From an uncultured Clostridia bacterium (GTDB lineage Bacteria; Bacillota; Clostridia; Oscillospirales; CAG-272): 64,000 nt of DNA. The DNA is taken from the NCBI GenBank assembly GCA_945929845.1, contig CAMEON010000002.1, positions 443 through 64,442 on the forward strand, given 5' to 3'. A model generated the notes under the pieces. It had not been told where the DNA came from. It ran no database searches and saw nothing but the letters and a program-made list of their open reading frames with translations. Shown here in pieces: positions 50,879-60,046 of this stretch. Numbering within the stretch: position 1 is the first letter of the stretch; every line of letters starts with the position of its first letter. The position numbers and the translations under genes were made by a program.

Positions 50879-51256
50879 TCAGTAGGCTATGGTGGTCATC
50901 AGGGCGTATTCCGGCTGGGACACATCCAGACGGGAGCACTGTACCACGATGGGCTGGTCGCTCTGCACCAATATGGCGTAGGGCTTGTTCCGGGGGATCT
51001 TCTTCCCCTCATCGTTGACCATCTTGTCCAGGCGGATGTGGTTGGTGCGCTCATTCTCGCACACGGCGTGAAGCCCACGCAAAGGCTCACAGTCCTCAAA
51101 GTAAAGGGTCAGGTCAATGTGGGCGGTCTGACCGGAGAGGTTGAGCACACACACGGCTTCATGGGAGACAAACTCACCCTTGACCGTGTCGCTCATGTAT
51201 CCGTCGGCGATCATCCAGGTATTCTTTCCGATTTCTACTGGCTTGGAGGCAGGCAT
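50879..51256 (-). CDS. Sensory-rhodopsin-transducer (ASRT)-family beta-sandwich protein
   Basis: W.IADGY...SHEAVCVLN...AHIDLTLYF...RTNHIRL...IP...ILVQSDQPIVVQCSRLD...ALMTTIAY follows the pattern I recall for Anabaena ASRT / Thermotoga TM1070. Start at 51256, 6 nt after AAGGAAG. Confidence 0.7.
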   Translation of the reverse strand: MPASKPVEIGKNTWMIADGYMSDTVKGEFVSHEAVCVLNLSGQTAHIDLTLYFEDCEPLRGLHAVCENERTNHIRLDKMVNDEGKKIPRNKPYAILVQSDQPIVVQCSRLDVSQPEYALMTTIAY

Positions 51257-51367
51257 ACGCATCTTCCTTTCATGGTAGGCAATATTTTTCGTGAGAAAGT
51301 ATACCATAAACTGTGGCGCAAGTCAAGTGGATGTGAAAATATTCAGGTGCAGAATTGCATATAAGTC

Positions 51368-51480
51368 GTTACAGTTCACCTACTCCCCCACAATGCGTTC
51401 CCTTTTCCGCCGTAGAGCACGGGCATCGAATGTGAATATAAACCTGTTTGAAAGTTCTTGAGGGGTGTCTGATCTGTAAC
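51368..51480 (-). repeat. MITE-like short derivative E (113 bp, both termini kept, inverted orientation)
   Basis: gttacagttcacctactccccc...ttttccgccgtagagc...gtttgaaagttcttgaggggtgtctgatctgtaac. Confidence 0.65.
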
Positions 51481-51530
51481 CGGACTGCAAAATTTTGGCC
51501 AACATTGCATAAAAAGTTTACAAATTGCTA

Positions 51531-51559
51531 TTGCATTTCGCCCCGTTATCGTGTATAAT
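51531..51559 (+). promoter_or_regulatory. Promoter TTGCAT-17-TATAAT for the solute-binding lipoprotein gene
   Basis: ttgcatttcgccccgttatcgtgtataat. Upstream ATTGCAT / ATTGCTATTGCAT repeats could be operator-like. Confidence 0.6.
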
Positions 51560-51611
51560 TGTGATAATTCACCCTTTGGTGAGTACTTTATTGTCCTAAG
51601 GAGGTCATTGT

Positions 51612-53081
51612 ATGAAGAAGCTGTTGTGCATCCTGCTTGCCGGGTTGATGCTTCTTTCCGTCTGTGCCTGCGGGAACGGCACAGAGAACACACCGACGGA
51701 TACATCTGCCGTCACAAAATCAGAAGAATCGGAACTGGAAACCAGAGAGCCCCTTGACATCCCAGACACCAGGTATGACGGCATGGAGTTGACCTTCCTG
51801 ACCCGGGATGCCGGAGAATGGACCACCGTGGATATTTGTCCGGAAGATGAGAATCATACCGACAATATCAGCCAGGCCGTCTATGAGCGGAACGAGATCA
51901 TTCGTGACAAGTACGGTATCATCATCAAGGAGATCCAGTCCACGGATGTCCCCGGTGCTGTTTCCAAGGAAGTATCCGTCAACAACGGTGATTTCCAGGT
52001 AGCCGTATCCAAGATTGAAGATGCATGCAACATGGTCAACAACCTGTACCTTACCAACCTCAATGCAACCGGCTGTGAGTATCTGGATGTCTCCAAGCCC
52101 TGGTGGGACAGCAAGCTGGCCGACAACATGACCATTGAGGATCGCCTGTACTTCGCCACCGGCGACCTCTTGACCAGCGACAACGACGGTACTTTTGCGA
52201 TCATGTTCAACAAATCTTTGGCCGCAGACTGCAAGTTGCCGGATATGTATGAGCTGGTCAGCAGCGGTAAGTGGACCATGGATGCCATGTACCAGTATGA
52301 ACTGCTGGCCGTGAGCGATAAGGACGGTGACGGCAAGCTCACCTATGACAGCGATGTGTGCGGCTTTGCCTACACCGGCGATACGCCCTACTGCATGCTC
52401 TATGCCGGCGGCGTGACCCTTGTCACCCGGGATGAAGATGGTAGCCTTGTGTACAGTCTGGATGTGGAACGCACATCCAATATATCTGATAAGGTCAAGT
52501 TGATCCTGAGTAAGGATATGACCGTGGACATGAATGCGGCCGGCGGCAACGTGATGGAGGTTGGTCAGAAGTGCTTCGGCGAGAATCACTGCCTCTTCTT
52601 CGGTGAGTGCCTGCAGTGCGTCACCCGTGTCCGTGGGTACGATGTGGATTTCGGTATCCTTCCCTACCCCAAGTACGACGAGGGACAGAAGGAGTATTGC
52701 AGTCTGATGGAGTGGGTCGGCGGCGTGGTATCTATTCCCCGCAGTGTCAGTGAGGATCAGCGGGGGATGATCAGCTCCATGCTGGAGGCCATGGCCTACT
52801 ACTCTGTAGACACCCTGACGGAACAGTACTACGAGATCAACCTGAAGACCAAGCACTCCAAGGATGAGCAGTCCGGCCCCATGATCGACCTGATCCTGGC
52901 AAACCGCATCTACGACCTGGCATATACCTTCAAGTGGGGTAGTGTGGTTAATACTTTGGCCGGAACGATGCTCCCCAGCTCTTCCACCTCTGTGGCTTCT
53001 TCCAGCCAGAGATACCAGAAGTCCCTGGAAAACAATATGAATCAGCTTCTGAAGAAGATCCAGAACAACAAGTATGAGTGA
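51612..53081 (+). CDS. ABC-transporter extracellular solute-binding lipoprotein (large sugar-binding type), no cognate permease or ATPase in the window
   Basis: MKKLLCILLAGLMLLSVCAC lipobox. ~490 aa with a family-1 SBP-like pattern. AAGGAGG RBS, promoter and terminator assigned. Confidence 0.65.
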   Translation: MKKLLCILLAGLMLLSVCACGNGTENTPTDTSAVTKSEESELETREPLDIPDTRYDGMELTFLTRDAGEWTTVDICPEDENHTDNISQAVYERNEIIRDKYGIIIKEIQSTDVPGAVSKEVSVNNGDFQVAVSKIEDACNMVNNLYLTNLNATGCEYLDVSKPWWDSKLADNMTIEDRLYFATGDLLTSDNDGTFAIMFNKSLAADCKLPDMYELVSSGKWTMDAMYQYELLAVSDKDGDGKLTYDSDVCGFAYTGDTPYCMLYAGGVTLVTRDEDGSLVYSLDVERTSNISDKVKLILSKDMTVDMNAAGGNVMEVGQKCFGENHCLFFGECLQCVTRVRGYDVDFGILPYPKYDEGQKEYCSLMEWVGGVVSIPRSVSEDQRGMISSMLEAMAYYSVDTLTEQYYEINLKTKHSKDEQSGPMIDLILANRIYDLAYTFKWGSVVNTLAGTMLPSSSTSVASSSQRYQKSLENNMNQLLKKIQNNKYE

Positions 53082-53110
53082 TATTCACCTCTGACGAAAC
53101 ATACCTATCC

Positions 53111-53145
53111 AGCCCTGCGTGACCTATGCCCGCAGGGCTTTTTCC
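53111..53145 (+). terminator. Intrinsic terminator after the solute-binding protein gene
   Basis: AGCCCTGCG-11 nt-CGCAGGGCT then TTTTT. Confidence 0.8.
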
Positions 53146-53222
53146 GTTGCATTCTGTCCGCAAAAAGAGAAGGCCCCCTCTCAACGAAGGAGCTTTCTCT
53201 TTATTCTGTATTCAGGTCTGCA

Positions 53223-54233
53223 TCACTTGAAGGATTCTTCCACAGCCACAGCCACAGCCACGGTCGCGCCGACCATGGGGTTGTTGCCCATGCCGATCAG
53301 GCCCATCATCTCCACATGTGCGGGGACGGAGGAGGAACCGGCGAACTGTGCATCCGAGTGCATACGGCCCATGGTATCCGTCATGCCATAGCTGGACGGG
53401 CCTGCGGCCATGTTATCCGGGTGCAGGGTACGGCCTGTACCGCCGCCAGAAGCCACGGAGAAGTACTTCACGCCGTTCTCCACGCACCACTTCTTGTAGG
53501 TACCGGCAACCGGGTGCTGGAAGCGGGTGGTGTTGGTGGAGTTCCCGGTGATGGACACGCCCACCTTCTCCAGCTTCATGATAGCCACGCCCTCCGGCAC
53601 ATTGTCAGCACCGTAGCAACGGACTGCGGCCCGGGGACCCTTGGAGTAGGGATGCTCATCCACGATCTGCACGGTCTCCGTGTAGGGATCAAAGACGGTC
53701 TTCACATAGGTAAAGCCGTTGATCCGGGAGATGATCATAGCGGCATCCTTGCCCAGGCCGTTCAGGATGACACGCAAGGGCTTGGTGCGCACCTTATTGG
53801 CATTCAGGGCGATCTTGATGGCGCCTTCCGCAGCGGCGAAGGACTCATGTCCGGCCAGGAAGCAGAAGCACTCTGTCTCATCGGACAGCAGCATCTTGCC
53901 CAGGTTGCCATGACCCAGACCGACCTTGCGGTTCTCAGCCACGGAGCCGGGGATGCAGAAGGACTGCAAGCCGATACCGATGTTGGCGGCGGCAGAGGCG
54001 GCGGTCTTGTCGCCGGTCTGCTCGGCTACCTTGATGGCAATTGCGGCGCCGACAGTGTAAGCCCACTTGGCGTTCTCAAAGCAGATGGGCTGGGTTTCTG
54101 TGACGATGGTGTAGGGATCAATGCCCCGGGCGGCGCAGATGTCCTTGCACGCATCAATGGAGGAGATACCGTATTCCTTCAGTACGCCGAGGATCTTCGC
54201 CTCGCGTCTTTCATATCCTTCAAACTGTGCCAT
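53223..54233 (-). CDS. GGGtGRT family protein (conserved, function unknown)
   Basis: Contains the eponymous SVASGGGTGRTLHPDNMAAGPSSYGMTDTMG. Start at the ATG at 54233 (MAQFEGY), 9 nt after AGGAGG; the ORF-track start at 54254 abuts the upstream stop. Confidence 0.75.
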   Translation of the reverse strand: MAQFEGYERREAKILGVLKEYGISSIDACKDICAARGIDPYTIVTETQPICFENAKWAYTVGAAIAIKVAEQTGDKTAASAAANIGIGLQSFCIPGSVAENRKVGLGHGNLGKMLLSDETECFCFLAGHESFAAAEGAIKIALNANKVRTKPLRVILNGLGKDAAMIISRINGFTYVKTVFDPYTETVQIVDEHPYSKGPRAAVRCYGADNVPEGVAIMKLEKVGVSITGNSTNTTRFQHPVAGTYKKWCVENGVKYFSVASGGGTGRTLHPDNMAAGPSSYGMTDTMGRMHSDAQFAGSSSVPAHVEMMGLIGMGNNPMVGATVAVAVAVEESFK

Positions 54234-54253
54234 TTTGATATTCCTCCTTCTCA

Positions 54254-54982
54254 TTATTCCTTGCGGGGGTCAATGTACTTGACCGCACCGTCCTCGGGAT
54301 TGAAACGGCCGTAATGACCCTTGGCCTTCTCATATGCCTCATTGGGCTCCATGCCCTTCTTGATGAAGTCTGTCATCTTACCCAAGGATACAAATTCGTA
54401 GCCGATCACCTGGTCATCCTCATCCAGAGCCATACGGGTGCAGTAGCCCTCGGTCATCTCCAGGTAGCGGACACCCTTTTCCCGGGTTCCGTACATGGTA
54501 CCGACCATGGAGCGTGCGCCCTTACCCAGATCCTCCATACCGGCACCGATCACCAGACCGCCCTCAGAGAAAGCGGACTGGGTACGGCCGTACACGATCT
54601 GCAGGAACAGCTCCCGCATGGCGGTATTGATGGCATCGCACACAAGGTCTGTATTCAGCGCCTCCAGAATGGTCTTACCCGGCAGGATCTCAGCGGCCAT
54701 AGCGGCGGAGTGGGTCATACCGGAGCATCCGATGGTCTCCACCAGTGCTTCCTCAATGACACCGTTCTTGACATTCAGGGACAGCTTGCAGGCACCCTGC
54801 TGGGGCGCACACCAGCCCACACCGTGGGTGTATCCGGAAATGTCCGTGATCTGCTTTGCCTGGATCCACTGACCCTCTTCGGGCAGGGGAGCCGGGCCAT
54901 GGTTGGGTCCCTGCGCAACAGTACACATATGCTGAACCTCTTGGCTCATGGCGTACTTGCACGAAAAGTTTTCGTTGCTCAT
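54254..54982 (-). CDS. NifU/IscU-N-terminal-like Fe-S scaffold-related protein with an extra C-terminal domain
   Basis: HGVGWCAPQQGACKLSLNVKNGVIEEALVETIGCSGMTHSAAMAAEIL resembles NifU_N with three Cys. 242 aa (longer than IscU). GGAG RBS. Confidence 0.55.
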   Translation of the reverse strand: MSNENFSCKYAMSQEVQHMCTVAQGPNHGPAPLPEEGQWIQAKQITDISGYTHGVGWCAPQQGACKLSLNVKNGVIEEALVETIGCSGMTHSAAMAAEILPGKTILEALNTDLVCDAINTAMRELFLQIVYGRTQSAFSEGGLVIGAGMEDLGKGARSMVGTMYGTREKGVRYLEMTEGYCTRMALDEDDQVIGYEFVSLGKMTDFIKKGMEPNEAYEKAKGHYGRFNPEDGAVKYIDPRKE

Positions 54983-55069
54983 TGTTTTATCTCCTTTTGT
55001 TTTTTTACACTATCACTATCACAGTATGTCGCAAGGATGTATCAGTCAGAAAGACAGGCAGCGGGCGAC

Positions 55070-55705
55070 TCACTCCTCATCAGCATCAGCCAGCGCTTCG
55101 ATCAGGGGTGTGATGGCACCAAGATACGCCTCCCCGATGTAGAAGGCTCCGTCGGCTGTGGGATGTACGCCGTCGGCAGAATAGTAGGCAGGCTCCTCAA
55201 TCATGCCGTCACGGAACACCTCGTCCATGGGCAGGTACGCATCGGCGTACCGATCCGACAGCTTCTTTATGATCGCCTGCTTCCGATCCAGCTCGGCACG
55301 CAGGATGCGCTTATCCTCCCCGTTCTCCAGTAGGAAGGGCTGGATCAGCAGGATCCTCGCCTTTGTCTGTGTCCTGACAGTTTCAAGAACTGTACGCAGA
55401 TTTTCTTCAAATGCCGCATCGGTGGTCTCTATCCCGTGTGAGTAATGGTGCCATACATCGTTGATTCCGATCATAATGGACACAATATCCGGCTGAATGT
55501 CCACAAAGTCAGACTTCAGCCGAGAGACCAGATGCTCTGTCCGGTTACCGCTGATACCCAGATTGATGAAATCAAACTGAATATCCGGAAATGAATCCTG
55601 AAGCATAGCCGAGGCATAATGCGGATACCCTTCCCCCAAATCATGGGGGTTACTTCGGTCTCGCCCGGCATCGGTGACGCTGTCACCCTGGAACAAAATC
55701 TTCAT
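55070..55705 (-). CDS. SGNH/GDSL-family hydrolase
   Basis: MKILFQGDSVTDAGRD (block I GDS), ...GINDVWH..., C-terminal DGVHPT (block V). Confidence 0.8.
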   Translation of the reverse strand: MKILFQGDSVTDAGRDRSNPHDLGEGYPHYASAMLQDSFPDIQFDFINLGISGNRTEHLVSRLKSDFVDIQPDIVSIMIGINDVWHHYSHGIETTDAAFEENLRTVLETVRTQTKARILLIQPFLLENGEDKRILRAELDRKQAIIKKLSDRYADAYLPMDEVFRDGMIEEPAYYSADGVHPTADGAFYIGEAYLGAITPLIEALADADEE

Positions 55706-55751
55706 TTCGTTTTGTACCTTCCCGTTCTCTGTGTAGCAGTTGATGGTTGGT

Positions 55752-56351
55752 TCAGTCTACGATCTCACCGTACACCACGCCGAAGGCGCAGGCGGCATTG
55801 CATTCATCGGTATCAATGTGCATAGCCAGCGCATACTTGGGGCTGACACGGCACACCACATCGTCGTAAATGGTGGTGCGCTCGGACTGGATCCGCACCT
55901 TGACGATCTGTCCGTTCTCCACGCCGAAGTCGGCGGCTTCCTGGGGGTTGAAGTGGATATGACGCTTGGCGATGATCACGCCCTCGTTGATCTCCAGCTC
56001 ACCGGCCGGGCCTACCAGCTTCAGGCCGGGGGTACCTGCCACATCTCCGCTCTCACGGACGGGCACATCCTTCAGCCCCAGTGCTCTGGCATCAGTGAAG
56101 GAAAGCTCCACCTGATTGGCCGGACGGGTAGGGCCAAGGACGCTGACCATCATCTCTCCCTTGGGGCCGACCAGCTTGATCTTGTCGTTGGCCGTGGCAA
56201 ACTGACCGGGTTGGCTCAGTATTTTCTTCACCACCAGGGTGGCGTCCGGGCCATACAGGACCTTGACCGCCTCATCGGTCAGGTGAATGTGCCGTGCGGA
56301 AGTCTCAACAAGGATTTTTTTACTGTTACTGTAACTGTAACTGTTCTCCAT
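55752..56351 (-). CDS. pduL: Phosphate propanoyl/acetyl-transferase PduL
   Basis: ETSARHIHLTDEAVKVLYG...LSQPGQFA...VSVLGPTRPANQVELSFTDARALG...AKRHIHFNPQEA...AMHIDTDECNA, the duplicated PduL motif pattern. Confidence 0.85.
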   Translation of the reverse strand: MENSYSYSNSKKILVETSARHIHLTDEAVKVLYGPDATLVVKKILSQPGQFATANDKIKLVGPKGEMMVSVLGPTRPANQVELSFTDARALGLKDVPVRESGDVAGTPGLKLVGPAGELEINEGVIIAKRHIHFNPQEAADFGVENGQIVKVRIQSERTTIYDDVVCRVSPKYALAMHIDTDECNAACAFGVVYGEIVD

Positions 56352-56577
56352 ACAAACATTCCTCTCTTTGAATTGGCTTTGTAAGTGGTACGACAGGATG
56401 CTTCATAAATCGCATACATTGTTATTATAACATAAAACACCTGCGTTGTAAAGGCTTATTCTCAAATTATTTTCACTTTCCTGCATAGGTTTTTCCCCCT
56501 CCGGACATACTGTTTTCGGATATTTTCACCACAGGGCGGGATCCCTGGGGTTTGGGAACAGGAGGCACAGTTGCACC

Positions 56578-57375
56578 ATGCGCACAGAGCAGACGGACAA
56601 CAGCAAGACAAGGTCAGGAGCCGGAGGAAGATCTGATACCTCCTCCGGAGAGAAGGATAAAGACCGGAATCGGGAGCGGGAGGACGGGAAGGAAAGCCGG
56701 AACCGGCAGGCGGCAGATGAGCTGGAGAACATAGCCAAATCCGCCTCCGTGGTCGCCGCCAATGAGCGGGAATCCATCTACTGTCTGTCCATCATCGGTC
56801 AGATCGAGGGGCACTACCTGCTTCCGGAGGGACAGAAGGCCACCAAATATGAGCAGTTGATCCCGCTCCTTGTGTCAGTGGAGGAGGACGACAGCATGGA
56901 TGGCCTTCTGGTCGTCCTGAACACCATGGGTGGCGATGTGGAGGCGGGGCTTGCTCTGGCGGAGCTGATCGCCTCCATGAAAAAACCCACCGTGACCCTG
57001 GTGCTGGGGGGCGGCCACTCCATCGGCGTTCCACTGGCGGTGGCAGGCAAGCGTTCCTTCATCGTACCCAGCGCCACCATGACCATCCACCCGGTGCGCA
57101 TCAGCGGCACGGTCATCGGGGCACCCCAGACCTTCCGGTACTTTCAGGATATGCAGGCCCGCATCCTGCATTTCATCTGCGCCCACAGCCGGATCAGTGA
57201 GGAGGTGTTGCGGGACATGCTGATGCGGCCGGATCAGATCGCCAACGATGTAGGCACTGTATTGGAGGGCAAAGAGGCTGTGCAGGCCGGACTGATCGGG
57301 CAGATCGGCGGATTGGATGCGGCGTTGGATGCCCTGCGGGAGATGATACGGAGCAACCGGGAAGCAAGAAAATAA
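56578..57375 (+). CDS. ClpP-fold TepA-like (translocation-enhancing protein) serine protease family protein
   Basis: Charged N-terminus, then IYCLSIIGQIEGH...LLVVLNTMGGDVEAGLALAELIASMKKPTVTLVLGGGHSIGVPLAVAG, typical of the TepA/ClpP-like family. Confidence 0.7.
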   Translation: MRTEQTDNSKTRSGAGGRSDTSSGEKDKDRNREREDGKESRNRQAADELENIAKSASVVAANERESIYCLSIIGQIEGHYLLPEGQKATKYEQLIPLLVSVEEDDSMDGLLVVLNTMGGDVEAGLALAELIASMKKPTVTLVLGGGHSIGVPLAVAGKRSFIVPSATMTIHPVRISGTVIGAPQTFRYFQDMQARILHFICAHSRISEEVLRDMLMRPDQIANDVGTVLEGKEAVQAGLIGQIGGLDAALDALREMIRSNREARK

Positions 57376-57434
57376 GGAATACGCTTGAGGAACTTCCTTA
57401 AAGAAGTTCCCCACCGTATTCCTCGTTCGTAAAA

Positions 57435-58604
57435 TCATACTTCGTCCGCCCGGTACATCCAGATGGGCAGGGGGAGCCACAGCCGCAGGGTGGGCGGTAG
57501 CTGGCGGCGAGCCGGGCACACAGGGGCAAACAGGACGCTCATGGCCTCCTCATGGGACAGCTCCAGATCCGGCACTTTGGTCGGGTCGGAATCCTCCGTC
57601 ACGGGGACGCCATCCTTGACTGTCATGCGGAACCGCTCATCCCCGGCAAATCCGTGGATCAGCAGATCAAAGGAGCCATCCGGGAGCGGGTCGAAGGTTG
57701 CCTTGAGTCTGAAGAAAGCCTCTGTCACCAGGCGGAAGTTCAGCACGGTATAGCTCATGGAGCACCCCACCTGTACACCCTCCGCCACCGGGGAAAGGGC
57801 ATCCACATACGCCGCCTGATGGGCAGGCAGGCGCACACGCATACTGTCAGCCGTTAGGGCATCGTGGAGATCCGCCAGGAATGTCATGAAGTCCTCCGGG
57901 CGGTGCACCTTGATCTCGGAGACCAGGCCGTCCGGCTCCACGATGGCGTAGCCTGCCAGCGTGTCTCCCTCACAACCGGCCCACAGTGTGGCCTGCCAGT
58001 TGGTCATGATGTCATAGAAGTCTGTAGCGGGGCGAAGCGGCACATAGGGGCCGGTGGCGGACAGTGCCATGATCCGGTCAAGGCACGAGGCATCCCCCGG
58101 TTCCACCCGGGAGAGGGCGAAGCGTGTCCCCCTCTCTGCGCCGTAGGTGTGCCGGAGGTTGTCGGAATTGAGGACAAAGGTGTAGCAGAGGCCCGCCTTC
58201 TCATAGGAGAAGTACCGGTACCGCTGACGGCGGCCGCCCAGGGTGGACAGGGCAATGCCGTCCTTCACCATGTCCGAGAGGGCCAGGTGCATACAGTCTT
58301 TCATGTAGCCCCTGCCCCGGGCCTCGCTGGCCACGGCCACATTGCCGATCCCCCGGCAGGGTAGCGTGATACCGCACACACTGATCTTATGGGAGAAGGC
58401 CCCTACAGCGGCCACGCATCGGCCATCCTCCGTCACCACATAGTTCTCGCACTGGGGGGAACGGCCGGGTCGGTACAATTTGGGAAGCAGGGTGCGGAAG
58501 TCCCGTCCGGTTCCTGTGAAGCCGAACACATCATTGATCAGTGCCATGAACTCCTCATAAGGGACTGCTGTCCCCACAGAGCAGGAAACCTTCATACCCT
58601 GCAT
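57435..58604 (-). CDS. GNAT N-acetyltransferase, Eis-like three-domain type
   Basis: GIGNVAVASEARGRGYMKDCM acetyl-CoA motif, ~390 aa with a C-terminal SCP2-like part. The ATG at 58595 is an alternative start. Confidence 0.65.
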   Translation of the reverse strand: MQGMKVSCSVGTAVPYEEFMALINDVFGFTGTGRDFRTLLPKLYRPGRSPQCENYVVTEDGRCVAAVGAFSHKISVCGITLPCRGIGNVAVASEARGRGYMKDCMHLALSDMVKDGIALSTLGGRRQRYRYFSYEKAGLCYTFVLNSDNLRHTYGAERGTRFALSRVEPGDASCLDRIMALSATGPYVPLRPATDFYDIMTNWQATLWAGCEGDTLAGYAIVEPDGLVSEIKVHRPEDFMTFLADLHDALTADSMRVRLPAHQAAYVDALSPVAEGVQVGCSMSYTVLNFRLVTEAFFRLKATFDPLPDGSFDLLIHGFAGDERFRMTVKDGVPVTEDSDPTKVPDLELSHEEAMSVLFAPVCPARRQLPPTLRLWLPLPIWMYRADEV

Positions 58605-58620
58605 TCCCCTTCCTGTTTGA

Positions 58621-60045
58621 TTACTTGTTTTTCAGGTACTCGTCAATGGCACGGGCGGCGGTCTTGCCTGCGCCCATAGCCAGGATGACAGTGGCGGCAC
58701 CGGTCACGGCATCGCCGCCGGCATACACGCCCTCCCGGGAGGTAAGACCGGTCTTCTCCTCCACGATGATGCCGCCGTGGCTGTTGACATCCAGACCCTT
58801 GGTGGTGGATTTGATCAGGGGGTTGGGAGAGGTACCGATGGACATGATCACGCAGTCCACATCCAGTTCAAACTCGGAACCGGGCACCTCCACCGGACGG
58901 CGGCGACCCTTGGCATCCGGCTCGCCCAGCTCCATGCGGATGCAACGGATGCCCCGGACAAAGCCGTTCTTGGGATCCCTGCGGTCATCCGGGTTGTTGT
59001 AGCCCAGGATCTCCACCGGGTTGTTGAGCAGGCGGAACTGAATGCCTTCCTCCATGGCGTGCTCCACCTCTTCCCGACGGGCAGGCAGTTCTTCCATGGA
59101 GCGGCGGTAGATGATGGAGACCTCATCGGCACCCAGACGCAGGGCTGTACGGGCGGCGTCCATAGCCACATTGCCGCCGCCGACCACAGCCACCTTACGG
59201 GCCTCCATGACCGGGGTAGCAGAGCCTTCCCGGTAGGCCTTCATCAGGTTGTTCCGGGTCAGGAACTCGTTGGCGGAGTACACACCCTTGAGGGATTCAC
59301 CGGGGATGCCCATGAACCGGGGCAGACCGGCACCGGAGCCGATGAACACAGCCTCGTAGCCGTCCTCGAACAGCTCGTCCACGGTGATGGTCTTGCCGAT
59401 GACCACATTGGTCATCATCTCCACACCCATAGCCTTCAGGGTGTCCACTTCCTTCTGCACGATGGCCTTGGGCAGACGGAACTCCGGAATACCGTACATC
59501 AACACACCGCCGGCCACATGCAGAGCCTCAAACACCGTCACGGCGTACCCTTCTTTGGCCAGGTCTCCGGCGCAGGTCAGGCCGGAGGGGCCGGAACCGA
59601 CGATAGCCACCTTATGGCCGTTGGGAGCAGGGACAGTCGGCTTTTCTGTGGCATATGTATTGTGCCAGTCAGCCACGAATCGCTCCAGCCGTCCGATGCC
59701 TACCGGCTCGCCCTTGATGCCCCGGACGCACTTGGACTCGCACTGCGTTTCCTGGGGACACACACGGCCGCAGACAGCGGGCAGAGAGGAGGACTGATGG
59801 ATGACCTGGTAGGCACCCTCAAAGTCGCCCTCAGCCACCTTGGAAATGAACTCGGGAATGTGGATGTTCACCGGACAACCGCTCACGCAGGCAGGATTCT
59901 TACAGTTAAGACAGCGGGCAGCCTCGTCCAGGGCAGTGGCCTCATCGTACCCCAGAGCCACCTCGTTAAAGTTATGGGCCCGGACAGCCGGATCCTGGGT
60001 GGGCATGGGGTTCTTCTTCAGCGACATATTCTTCTTGACCGGCAT
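58621..60045 (-). CDS. nfnB: NfnB / GltD-like NADPH-dependent flavoprotein with two [4Fe-4S] clusters
   Basis: EAARCLNCKNPACVSGCPVNIHIP...AVCGRVCPQETQCE...VAIVGSGPSGLTCA...VAVVGGGNVAMD. The start lies 1 nt after the nfnA stop. Confidence 0.8.
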   Translation of the reverse strand: MPVKKNMSLKKNPMPTQDPAVRAHNFNEVALGYDEATALDEAARCLNCKNPACVSGCPVNIHIPEFISKVAEGDFEGAYQVIHQSSSLPAVCGRVCPQETQCESKCVRGIKGEPVGIGRLERFVADWHNTYATEKPTVPAPNGHKVAIVGSGPSGLTCAGDLAKEGYAVTVFEALHVAGGVLMYGIPEFRLPKAIVQKEVDTLKAMGVEMMTNVVIGKTITVDELFEDGYEAVFIGSGAGLPRFMGIPGESLKGVYSANEFLTRNNLMKAYREGSATPVMEARKVAVVGGGNVAMDAARTALRLGADEVSIIYRRSMEELPARREEVEHAMEEGIQFRLLNNPVEILGYNNPDDRRDPKNGFVRGIRCIRMELGEPDAKGRRRPVEVPGSEFELDVDCVIMSIGTSPNPLIKSTTKGLDVNSHGGIIVEEKTGLTSREGVYAGGDAVTGAATVILAMGAGKTAARAIDEYLKNK

Positions 60046-60046
60046 C

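Noticed and set aside
56318-56345. gttactgtaactgtaactgt resembling the GTTACAGT terminus of the repeat family
   Set aside because: It lies inside pduL, where it encodes the N-terminal NSYSYSNS run. It is a hexanucleotide coding repeat without the rest of the TIR or any arm sequence.
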